A DNA stretch of 64,000 bases, taken from contig JAPLPS010000038.1 of NCBI GenBank assembly GCA_026400075.1, forward strand, positions 2,459 to 66,458. Direction: 5' to 3'. The notes under the pieces are model-generated. The model searched no databases, was not told where the DNA came from, and saw nothing but the letters and a program-made list of their open reading frames with translations. This document shows, one piece after another, positions 19,325 through 29,394 of the stretch; position 1 is the stretch's first letter, and each line of letters starts with the position of its first letter. A program made the translations under genes and the position numbers. The DNA comes from Polaromonas sp. (GTDB lineage: Bacteria; Pseudomonadota; Gammaproteobacteria; Burkholderiales; Burkholderiaceae_C).

Positions 19325-19950
19325 GCCGCGCCAGCGCCGCGCTGCTTTACCTCTACAGCAGCCGCAACATTGCCGGTTGCGTGCTGGCGCTGCTCGGTCT
19401 GGGCGCCTACTTTGGCGGGGTGATCAACCAATGGTGGCTGCCGATTTGCCTGGGCCTGTACGCGGCGGGCGCCTTGATGCTGCCCGGCCAGACGCTGCTG
19501 GAAGTGGACAGCTACCGCCGCGACGACGGCGCGCATCTGGCCGAAAGCGTCGAGCGGCTGATTGAACAAACGCGTCACCAGCTGCCCGCCGAGGCGCTCA
19601 AAACCCTGCAAGCCATTCCCGCCGTGCTGCAGGTGCTGGCGCCGCGCCTGAGCGGCAGCGAAGGCAGTCCGATGCTGGCGCCCGACCAGCGGCAAACGGT
19701 GATTGGCGCCGTCACCCGCGACCTGCCGCAGACGGTGGCCGGTTATGTGCGCCTGCCGCCCGCCTTTGCCCGCCTGCACCCGCTGGCGCACGGCAAAACC
19801 GCCAAAGACCTGCTCAACGAGCAACTGCAACTGCTGAAAAACCAGCTCGACAAGATCGCCGAAGCCGCCTTCCGCGACGACGCCGACGCGCTGGTCAGCA
19901 ACGGCCAGTACTTGAAAGAGAAGTTTCACGCGCCTTCGTATTTGGCGTGA
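19321..19950 (+). CDS. 2-TM plus helical protein, XpaC-like partner of TelA
   Basis: Two N-terminal TM helices; DLPQTVAGYVRLP and NGQYLKEKF; ATGA overlap. Confidence 0.7.
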   Translation: MSRASAALLYLYSSRNIAGCVLALLGLGAYFGGVINQWWLPICLGLYAAGALMLPGQTLLEVDSYRRDDGAHLAESVERLIEQTRHQLPAEALKTLQAIPAVLQVLAPRLSGSEGSPMLAPDQRQTVIGAVTRDLPQTVAGYVRLPPAFARLHPLAHGKTAKDLLNEQLQLLKNQLDKIAEAAFRDDADALVSNGQYLKEKFHAPSYLA

Positions 19951-19954
19951 GGCT

Positions 19955-19972
19955 GAAGGCTATCGCGCCAGC
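19955..19972 (+). repeat. 18-bp direct repeat GAAGGCTATCGCGCCAGC, copy A
   Basis: Identical to 21946-21963, which contains the uvrA stop codon. Confidence 0.9.
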
Positions 19973-20679
19973 GGCAGCGCTTCAGGGACAGCCGCTGCGC
20001 GCATATCGGCCTCAAACTGCCGAGCCTGCCCGGAGCGGCGGCAAATAACCTGCGTCCAGGCTTGGGTGATTTGTGCGGCGTGTTTTTCGTACTCGCGCTT
20101 TGATTTTTTGACCCGCTGGCTTTTGGGCAGGCTGGCGAGCATGCCTTCGGTGTTCATGTTGCATTCAAGGCCCGCCAGACGCGCATCGCTTTCGGGCAAC
20201 AGGGCGGCAAGCAGCCACGCCTCGGTCGCTTTGGAGGGCAGGCACAAAACAGCCTTCGGCCCCGGCACCTCAATGCCCAGCCAGTCAAGCAGCACGGCGC
20301 GGAGCTGGACGACTGTGTCCGCTGCAGGCGGACACGGCAGCACGCAAGGCAGCGCCCGCAAGCCTGCTGCCATTGCCGCAAACTCCGTACCGTAATCGGC
20401 GTACTTCCTGTCGGCCACATCAGCATCGAGATGCAGCACGATCACATCAAACAGCTCCAGTTTAGGGTCGTTCTTCAGCGTGGCATAGCCGCCTGCTCGA
20501 AATGCCCGGCACCACTTGAACACGCCGCCCCAGCCCGTACCCAGTTCAGGCTGGGTCTGCTCGGGCTGGAGCAACTGCAGGTAAAACGGCTGACTCAAAA
20601 TGGCTCTGAGCGCCGCGTTGATGATGACGTAATCGGTTTTTCCCTCGGCCACCAACGCTATCCGCAGCAAATCAGACAT
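19960..20679 (-). CDS. TOPRIM-like (DUF4276/RloB-type) protein
   Basis: ALVAEGKTD, LHLDAD and TEAWLLA acidic motifs; overlaps the ATPase stop by 8 nt. Confidence 0.72.
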   Translation of the reverse strand: MSDLLRIALVAEGKTDYVIINAALRAILSQPFYLQLLQPEQTQPELGTGWGGVFKWCRAFRAGGYATLKNDPKLELFDVIVLHLDADVADRKYADYGTEFAAMAAGLRALPCVLPCPPAADTVVQLRAVLLDWLGIEVPGPKAVLCLPSKATEAWLLAALLPESDARLAGLECNMNTEGMLASLPKSQRVKKSKREYEKHAAQITQAWTQVICRRSGQARQFEADMRAAAVPEALPLAR

Positions 20680-21856
20680 TGGGCAGCGCACCCAGATTGC
20701 CCATCAGCCACAGGCGCGACAGCGGAAACTCCTTGTTCAGCGCACGCAGTTTTTCCGTCAAGGTGATGCGTTTCAAACAGGTTTTTCCGTCGCTGTTGCG
20801 CTCTACCGCAAACAGGCGAACTTCCTCATCGCTCAGGTCAAGCCCGTCAAGTACCGCCGGATTGTGGGCCGTGAACAGCAGTTGCCGCTCCGCCCCCGAC
20901 TGGCGCAGCCAGTACGACAGTTTGGAGGTCAGCCGGGTGACCAGGCGGGGGTTTAAGGCTTGATCCAGGTTATCTATCGCCAGCAGCCGGGGCGCGGCGG
21001 GCGACAGGCACAGCAAGGCGGTAAACAGAACATACAAAGCGCCCTCGCTGGCGTCATGCGCTGTCAGCGTGTTGCGGCTTTTTTTCATGAAGCGGTCGGT
21101 GAATTTCAATAGCAGCTTGGAGCGCGGCACTGCAGAGGAAAGCAAAGGCCCGGCGACATCGGTGGTGTCAATATCGGCCACCCAGTCCAGCAGTTCCAGC
21201 ACGCTGTCAAACACCTCGTCATCATCGCTGGCATGAATGCTTTTTTGAAACTCGGCAAAAGCCTCCGCCAGACGCCCGCCCGAAAGGCCCAGAGGATCAC
21301 GCGATTGCACGTCTGTCGCGGCACCGCGCAGCGTGGGCGTATTGGGGCAATAAATGGCGTAATTTTGCAACATGGCAATCAGCCGGGCAGCCGGGCTGGC
21401 AGAGGCCAACTCAACCACCTTCAAGGCGGCCAGCCCCGAGGTTTCGGCCAAGTTGGCGCTGGCGGTACGCACACCACGCGAGACGATAGGCGTCACGCCA
21501 TCGGATAAAAATTCGGTTTTGAACGTCCACGCAGGGTGGGGATTTTCCAGCGGATTGAGCAGCGACACGCGGAATTCCGCCTTGTCGTCCATCAGCGCCC
21601 CCAACACGATTTGCGACGGCGTCCGGCCCACCTCAAACGATGTCTTGAACAAGCGTGGAACGCCCGCCCGCACCCCTCGGCGCATCAAGGATTCATCATC
21701 CACCCTGCCGCTGGCCGCCGCGCCCAGCACGCCAATGGCCTCCAGAATATTGCTCTTGCCCACGCCGTTGGCACCGATAAAACAATTGACCCGCCCCAGT
21801 TCGACGGATGCGGATTCAATGGACTTGAACCCGTTAATTTGAACGGTTCGGATCAT
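20672..21856 (-). CDS. Soluble ABC-type (AAA_21-like) ATPase
   Basis: INGFKSI, Walker A GANGVGKS, signature SEG, Walker B LLAIDNLDQALNP, H-loop TAHNP; AGGAG SD; TAGAAT -10 at 21929-21934. Confidence 0.88.
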   Translation of the reverse strand: MIRTVQINGFKSIESASVELGRVNCFIGANGVGKSNILEAIGVLGAAASGRVDDESLMRRGVRAGVPRLFKTSFEVGRTPSQIVLGALMDDKAEFRVSLLNPLENPHPAWTFKTEFLSDGVTPIVSRGVRTASANLAETSGLAALKVVELASASPAARLIAMLQNYAIYCPNTPTLRGAATDVQSRDPLGLSGGRLAEAFAEFQKSIHASDDDEVFDSVLELLDWVADIDTTDVAGPLLSSAVPRSKLLLKFTDRFMKKSRNTLTAHDASEGALYVLFTALLCLSPAAPRLLAIDNLDQALNPRLVTRLTSKLSYWLRQSGAERQLLFTAHNPAVLDGLDLSDEEVRLFAVERNSDGKTCLKRITLTEKLRALNKEFPLSRLWLMGNLGALPNV

Positions 21857-21945
21857 GAACACACTCCTGCGAGTTGCAAATTTTGTCTGGCGTTAACTGC
21901 TGGCGTCATAAGGTTTTCCTTGCGTCCGATTCTAGGGGCCGCAAA

Positions 21946-21963
21946 GAAGGCTATCGCGCCAGC
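21946..21963 (+). repeat. 18-bp direct repeat, copy B (uvrA 3' end)
   Basis: Identical to 19955-19972. Confidence 0.9.
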
Positions 21964-24900
21964 ACACTCGCCAGTGCCTTTCCGGTCGCCGTCCCCAATG
22001 CCACTACCGCTTCAGGCGGCGCGCTGGCGACGACGCGCCCGCCCGCGCTGCCGCCGTCCGGCCCGAGGTCGATCACCCAGTCGGCTTCGGCGATCACGTC
22101 CAGGTCGTGCTCAATGACGATGACGCTGTGGCCGCCGTTCACCAGTCGGTGCAGGACGTGGATCAGCTTTTCCACGTCGGCCATGTGCAGGCCCACCGTC
22201 GGCTCGTCGAGTACGTAAAGCGTGTGCGGCGCTTTCTGGCCGCGCCTGGTGATGTCGTCGCGCACCTTGCTCAGTTCGGTGACCAGCTTGATGCGCTGGG
22301 CCTCGCCGCCGGACAGCGTCGGCGACGGCTGGCCCAGCGTCAGATAACCCAGCCCCACGTCTTTCAACAGTTGCAGCGGGTGGCTGATGGCAGGCATGGC
22401 GGCGAAGAATTCGACAGCTTCATCGACTTCCATTTTCAGCACTTCGCCGATGTTTTTGCCGCGCCAGGTGACGGCCAGCGTCTCGGGGTTGAAGCGCGTG
22501 CCGTGGCAGGTTTCGCACAGCACTTTCACGTCGGGCAGGAAACTCATGCCGATGGTGCGCACGCCCGCGCCTTCGCAGGTCGGGCAGCGGCCTTCGCCGG
22601 TGTTGAACGAAAAGCGCCCCGCAGCGTAGCCCCGCGCCCGCGCTTCGAGCGTGTCGGCGAACAACTTGCGCACCGTGTCCCAAAAGCCGATGTAGGTCGC
22701 CGGGCAGGAGCGCGGGGTTTTGCCAATCGGCGTTTGATCGACTTCTAAAACGCGATCCACGGCCCAGTAACCCTTGATGCGCTCGCAGCCGATCCAGGCC
22801 GGGTGCTTGCCGCGCTCGTCGGCATCGCGCCCGGCTTTGGTGGCGCGCTGCAGCACACCCGCCTGCACGTTGGCCAGCAGCACGTCACGCGCCAGCGTTG
22901 ATTTGCCGGAGCCGGACACCCCGGTCACTGCGACGAGCCGGTGCAGCGGCACCTCGACGCAGACGTTTTGCAGGTTGTGCAGCGTGGCGCCTTCGACTTT
23001 CAGCCATTGGGTGAAAGGGCTGGCGGCGGGGGGCGCGGCGTTGTGCTGGGCGCTGGCCTGCGCGGCGGCGGCTTTCAGCGCCAGGGCTTTGAGCGCGGCT
23101 TGTTTGGCTTTGCTCAGGGGCTTGGCGGCGATAACGCTGGCGCCCGCTTGGCCCGCCGAATCGGGGTCAGAGCCCGATCCAGCGACAGCCGCGCCTGTTT
23201 GAGCGACATCCGCGCCAGCCCCAGATTCGGCGGCGCTTGCCGCATCAACGGCTTGCGCCCCAGCGAGCGTCGCGCCCGGCGCCAGCGTCACGCGGCGCGG
23301 GTGCAGCGGATGCCGCAGCGGGTGCGCCAGGCAGCGCCCGGTCAGCGACTCGGCCTCGGCGGAAATCTGCGCCGCCGTGCCCTGCGCCACCAGCCGCCCG
23401 CCGCGCTTGCCTGCGCCGGGGCCGATGTCGATGATGTGGTCAGCGCGGCGTATCGTGTCCTCGTCGTGCTCAACGACCACCAGCGTGTTACCGCGCTCGC
23501 TGAGTTTGCCCAAAGCGCCGAGCAGCATCTGGTTGTCACGCGGGTGCAGGCCAATCGTCGGCTCGTCGAGCACGTAGCAAACGCCTTGCAGATTGGAGCC
23601 GAGCTGCGCGGCCAGCCGGATGCGCTGGGCCTCGCCGCCGGAGAGCGTGGGCGCGCCCCGATCCAGCGTCAGGTAGCCCAGCCCCACGTCTTCGAGGAAT
23701 TCGAGGCGGCTTTTGATTTCGGGAATCAGGTCTCTGGCGATGCCCGCTTCGCGCCCGCTCAGCGCCAGCGTTTGCACCCAGGCACGGATTTCGGTCACGC
23801 TCAGGCTGGCAATCGCGGTGATGGGCCAGCCTTCGCCCCCGCCTTGGCCCGCGCCAAAGCGCACCGCCCGCGCTGTCGCGTTCAGGCGCGTGCCTTGGCA
23901 GGCCGGGCAGGCGGCGTCCTGCACATCGTCGGCCTCGGGCTCGGCAAAGCTTTGTTCGCGGCCTTTCTGGTCGTCGTCGCGGATGGAGTCGTCGAACACC
24001 TGGCGCTGTTCTTTCGTCAGCTTGACCCCGGTGCCGACACAGTCCGGGCACCAGCCATGCTTGCTGTTGTAGCTGAACAGGCGCGGATCCAGCTCGGGAT
24101 ACGAGGTGGCGCAGACCGGACAGGCGCGCTGGGTGGAAAACGCTTCCAGCTTGCCGATGCCTTTGGCGCTGGCGCCCGCCGCCATTGCTTCTCGCAAACC
24201 ATCCAGCGGCGCCAGCACATGGACGACGCCTTTGCCGTGTTCCAGCGCGCTGGCCAGTTCGGCGCGCAAAAAGGCTTCGTTCTCAGCACTGACGTGGATG
24301 TCGGCAATCGGCAATTCGACGGTGTGCTCTTTAAAACGGTCAATGCGCGGAAAGCCGGTGGTTGGCAGAAATTCGCCATCGACGCGCAGGTGCGTGTAGC
24401 CGCGTGGCCGCGCCCAGTCGGCCAGTTCGGTGTAAACGCCCTTGCGGTTCATCACCAGCGGCGCCAGCAGGCCGATGTGCTGGCCGCGATAGGTTTTTAA
24501 CAGCTGCGCGGCAATCGCGTCCAGACTTTGCGGCATCACCGCCGCGCCGTCTTTTGTGCAGTGCTGAATGCCCAGCTTGACGTAGAGCAGGCGCAAAAAG
24601 TGCCAGACCTCGGTCGCGGTGCCGACGGTCGATTTGCGCCCGCCGCGTGACAGGCGCTGCTCAATCGCCACCGTGGGCGGAATGCCATAGACGGCATCGA
24701 CTTCGGGCCGCCCGGCTGGCTGGACGATGCTGCGCGCATAGGCGTTGAGCGATTCAAGGTAGCGGCGCTGGCCCTCGTTGAACAGGATGTCAAACGCCAG
24801 CGTCGATTTGCCCGAGCCGCTGACGCCGGTGACCACGTTGAACTGGCCGCGTGGAATGTTGACCGACAGGCTTTGCAGGTTGTTTTCTTTCGCGTTGACG

Positions 24901-27900
24901 ATCTGGATCAGGTTGGAAAAAGCGGGCCGGGTTTTCCACGCCTGGGGCCGCGCCTCTTCGACCTTGTAACTGCGCCCCATCACCTGCTCGTAGTCGCGCA
25001 GCGCCAGCGCGGTGTGCGACGTGGGATGCTGGCGGACGATTTCCGGCGGGCCTTGCGCGACCAGCAGGCCGCCCGCTTCGCCGCCTTCGGGGCCGAGGTC
25101 GATCAGCCAGTCGGCGGCGCGGATCACGTCCAGGTTGTGCTCGATGACGATCAGCGAATGCCCGGCTTCGAGCAAGCGCCGCAGCGCCCGCATCAGCTTG
25201 GCGATGTCGTCGAAATGCAAGCCGGTTGTCGGCTCGTCGAACAAAAACAGCGTGCCGCGTGCCGGCAGTTTCAGCGGCAGGGTCTGGCCGCTGGCGCTTT
25301 TGAGCTTGCCCGCTGTCTTGCTGGCCGCCGCCAGAAAACCGGCGAGTTTGAGCCGCTGGGCTTCGCCGCCCGACAGTGTCGGCACCGGCTGGCCGAGCTT
25401 GACGTAGTCCAGCCCGACATCGACGATGGGCTGGAGCACGCGCACCACTTCGCGGTCTTGCGCGAACAGTTCAACCGCCTGGCTGACGGTCAAATCGAGC
25501 ACGTCGGCGACATTGAGCTGCCGGGGTTTCAAGTCGCCAATGGCCTGGCGCTCAATCGTGATTTCGAGGATTTCGGGCCGGTAGCGTCGGCCGTCGCAAT
25601 CCGGGCAGCGCAGGTAAACGTCGCTTAAAAACTGCATTTCGACGTGTTCAAAACCCGAGCCGCCGCAGGTCGGGCAGCGCCCGTCACCGCTGTTGAAGCT
25701 GAATTTTGACGCAGTGTAGCCGCGCTGGCGCGACAGCGGCGCCAGCGCGAACAGCTCGCGCACGGCGTCCCAGGCGCCGACGTAGCTGGCCGGGTTGGAG
25801 CGCGCCGTTTTGCCAATCGGCGACTGATCGACAAACACCACGTCCGTCAGGCGTTCGGCGCCCAGCAGCCGGTCGTGCTGGCCGGGCGTTTCGGTAGCCT
25901 GGCCGAACTGGCGCAGCAGCGCGGGCGCCAAAATGTCCTGCATCAAGGTCGATTTGCCCGAGCCGCTGACGCCGGTCACGCACACCAGCCGCTGCAGCGG
26001 AAATTCCACCGTCAGGTTCTACAGGTTGTGCTCGCGCGCGCCTTCGAGAATCAGGCGCGGCGTGTTGTCGGTGACGGCGCGTTTCAGCCCCATGCCGACC
26101 TGCTTGCGCCCGCCCAGGTAAGCGCCGGTCAGCGTGTCGGCCTGGCGCACTTCTTCGGGCGCGCCGTCAAAGACGATTTGCCCGCCTTTTTCGCCCGGCC
26201 CCGGCCCCATGTCGATCAGGCGGTCAGCGGCGAGCATCACCGCCGGGTCGTGCTCGACGACGACCAGCGTGTTGCCCGCATCGACCAGGCGGCGCATGGC
26301 CTGCGTGATGCGGCCCATGTCGCGCGGGTGCAGGCCAATCGAGGGCTCATCGAGCACAAATAGCGTGTTGACCAGCGAAGTGCCCAGCGCCGTCGTCAGG
26401 TTGATGCGCTGGACTTCGCCGCCGGAGAGCGTGCGGCTTTGCCGGTCCAGCGTCAGGTAGCCGATGCCGACATCGCACAGGTATTTCAGGCGCGTGCTGA
26501 TTTCCTCGAACAGCGATTTCAGGGCTTGGGCGTCACCGGCGTGGGCGTCAGGCGCGGCGCTGTCGGCTGCTGGACTATGCGGCGCGGCACGTTTTCCATG
26601 CTGCGGAAAGCCGGAACTTTCAAAAAACGCCCGCAACCTGTCAATCGGCAGGCGCATCAAATCGTGCAGGCACAGCCCAGGCAACGCCTCCAGCTGCTCG
26701 CGGCGCCATGCCACGCCGACCGGCATGAAACGCTGCGCCGGTGCCAGCGCCGCGTCGGCGGCCTCTTTGCTGCCCAGCCGCCAGAGCAGCGGATCGAGTT
26801 TCAAGCGGGCGCCGCCGCAGCTTTCGCAGGGCGTGTAGCTGCGGTACTTGGACAGCAGCACGCGGATGTGCATCTTGTAAGACTTGCTTTCCAGGTACTC
26901 GAAAAAGCGTTTGATGCCGAACCAGTGCTGGTTCCATTTGCCGTTCCACTGCGGCGAGCCGTTGATGACCCAGGCTTGCTGCTCGGGCGTCAGTTTGGCC
27001 CAGGGCGTGTCGCGCGGGATGCCTTCAGTTTCGGCGTGGCGCATCAGGTCGTCCTGCGCTTCTTTCCAGGCGGGCGTCTGCATCACCTTGACGGCGCCAG
27101 CGCGCAGCGTCAGCCTGTCGTCGGGAATCACCAGGCCGTAATCGACGCCAATGACGCGGCCAAAGCCCCGGCAGGTGGGGCAAGCGCCCATCGCCGAGTT
27201 GAACGAGAACAGCGACGGCGTCGGTTCAGCGTAGCGCAGGCCGCTCTCGGGGCAATGCAGGCCACTGGAAAAGCGCCACATTTCTTCTTCGACATACACA
27301 TTGAGCTGGCCGCCGCGCTTCAAGGCCGTTTCAATCGCCTCGATGACGCGGGCTTTTTCAACGCTGCGCAGGCGAAAGCGGTCAGCCACCACGTCGAGCA
27401 GCTGGTGCGGCCCGGCGGGCGTGGCGACTTCGCGCTGGGCGTGGACGCGGGTAAAGCCGCTGGCCGACAGCCATTGCTCAACCTGTTCGGCGCTGGTGTT
27501 GCCGGGCAGCTCGACCGGAAAGGTCAGCACCAGGCGCGGGTCGGCGGCGTCCCCGGCGCTCACGCTTTCCGTGCGCGCCAGCAGTTCGGCGTAAATCGAC
27601 TCAGGCGTGTCATTGCGCACCGACTGGGCGGTTTGCTGGTCAAACAGCTGGGCGGCTCTGGCGTAGAGCAGTTTCAGATGGTCGTTCAGCTCCGTCATCG
27701 TGCCGACGGTCGAGCGCGAGCTGCGCACCGGATTGGTCTGGTCGATGGCGATGGCCGGGGGCACGCCTTCGACCTTGTCCACGGCGGGCTTGTCCATGCG
27801 GTCTAAAAACTGGCGGGCGTAGGCCGAAAAGGTTTCGACGTAACGCCGCTGGCCCTCGGCAAACAGCGTGTCAAACACCAGGCTGGACTTGCCCGAGCCG

Positions 27901-28004
27901 CTCGGGCCGGTGACCACCGTCAGCTCGCCGGTGCGGATGTCCAGGTCAATGTTTTTCAGATTGTGCTGGCGCGCGCCGCGAATGCGGATGGTTCCCTGAG
28001 ACAT
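21951..28004 (-). pseudogene. uvrA: Double-length UvrA (four Walker A motifs) interrupted by one in-frame TAG at 26019-26021
   Basis: ORFs 26019-28004 and 21951-26009 share a frame: GAREHNL*NLTVEFP; repeated GxSGSGKS, LSGGE, DEP and CxxC zinc motifs. Confidence 0.88.
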
Positions 28005-28274
28005 CGGTGAAGGCCTTTTCGAAAGAAGTCAGCGATTCTAGGAGCGGCCCCGCCGCGCCGCTGGCCCCGGCTGATTGACCCCAGAGCGCGCATTCAGTGC
28101 CGCTGCCCCTTTCAGCGCGGCGTAAGCTTGGTTACTATTTTCAAGTTATCCTCACGCGCCGCAAGCGCGCATGGCTCTCACGAGGAGCCCTTGATTCTTT
28201 CGTGAAAAAAAGTCAGACGTTCCCGGCGGTGCTCCGGCCCGCTTTTCGAGCCCCCCTCACCAGAAAAAAACCAA

Positions 28275-29390
28275 ATGAAAAAACCCAATTTTTGGCTCGC
28301 CGCCCTCGCCGTAGCCGCTTTCAGTCATGCAAGCCACGCTGACATCCTGATTGGACAGACCGCGAGCTTTTCCGGCCCCACCGCTGCCCTCGTCAAGGAA
28401 ACCACCGATGGCGCCAGGCTCTACCTCGATGCGGTCAACGCCAAAGGCGGCGTCAGCGGCCAGAAAATAGCGCTGATCTCGCTCGATGACAAATTCGACC
28501 CGAAGCTGGCGGCCGACAATGCGCGCACCCTGATTGAAGACAAAAATGTGGCCGCCATGTTCCTGTCCTTCGGCACGCCCCACACCGAGGCCATCGTCCC
28601 GCTGCTTGACAAGAACGGCGTGGCGCTGGTCGGCCCGATCAGCGGCGCGACGGTGCTGCGCCAGCCGGTCAAGCCCCATGTCTTCAATGTGCGCACCAGC
28701 TACCAGCGCGAAATTCAAAAGGCCATCAAGCACCTGTCCTTGATGGGTGTCAGCCGCATCGGCATTGTCTATTCGGACGACAGCTTCGGCGCCGACGTTC
28801 TGGCGGGTGCCCAAAAAGGTCTGACAGCGGCCAAGCTGACGCCCGTCATGCTGGAAAAATTTGACCGCAGCAAGCCCGACTTTGCAGCGATGGCACCGCA
28901 GTTTTCAAAATCCGGCGCGCAGGCGGTGATCCTGATCGCTGCCGGGCAGGCCGTGGTTGATGGCGTGAAGGCTTTGCGCACAGCGGGCTCAAAAGCGCAG
29001 GTTGTCATTCTGTCGTTCAACGCGTCGGCCAGCTTTATCAAAAGCCTGGGCGACAACGGGCCGGGCATGATCGTCACGCAGGTTTTACCTTACGAGCACT
29101 CAATCCGCCACTACCCGCTCGTCACGGAAGCCCAGGAACTGGCCAAAGCCAAGGGCATCGGCGAGGTCAGCCCGGTGATGCTCGAAGGCTTTGCCTCGGC
29201 CAAGGTGCTGGTCGAAAGCCTGCGCCGGGCTGGCGCCAAGCCCAGCCGCGCAAGCATCCAGGCCGCCCTCGAAGGCATGCAAAAGTTCGATATCGGTGGC
29301 CTGGAAGTGAGCTACAGCCCGGACGACCACAGCGGCCTGGATTTTGCCGACCTGTCCATCATCGGCAAAGACGGCAAATTCAAGCGTTGA
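28275..29390 (+). CDS. Branched-chain amino acid-type ABC substrate-binding protein
   Basis: Signal peptide; IGQTASFSGP, NAKGGVSGQKI, FNVRTSY. Confidence 0.88.
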   Translation: MKKPNFWLAALAVAAFSHASHADILIGQTASFSGPTAALVKETTDGARLYLDAVNAKGGVSGQKIALISLDDKFDPKLAADNARTLIEDKNVAAMFLSFGTPHTEAIVPLLDKNGVALVGPISGATVLRQPVKPHVFNVRTSYQREIQKAIKHLSLMGVSRIGIVYSDDSFGADVLAGAQKGLTAAKLTPVMLEKFDRSKPDFAAMAPQFSKSGAQAVILIAAGQAVVDGVKALRTAGSKAQVVILSFNASASFIKSLGDNGPGMIVTQVLPYEHSIRHYPLVTEAQELAKAKGIGEVSPVMLEGFASAKVLVESLRRAGAKPSRASIQAALEGMQKFDIGGLEVSYSPDDHSGLDFADLSIIGKDGKFKR

Positions 29391-29394
29391 TCCG

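Noticed and set aside
21927-21936. CGATTCTAGG repeated at 28033-28042, flanking uvrA
   Set aside because: Better explained as two independent TAGAAT -10 boxes for minus-strand genes.
26019-26021. Pyrrolysine or programmed recoding of the uvrA TAG
   Set aside because: No pyl genes or recoding signal seen; a single C>T change from a Gln codon explains it.
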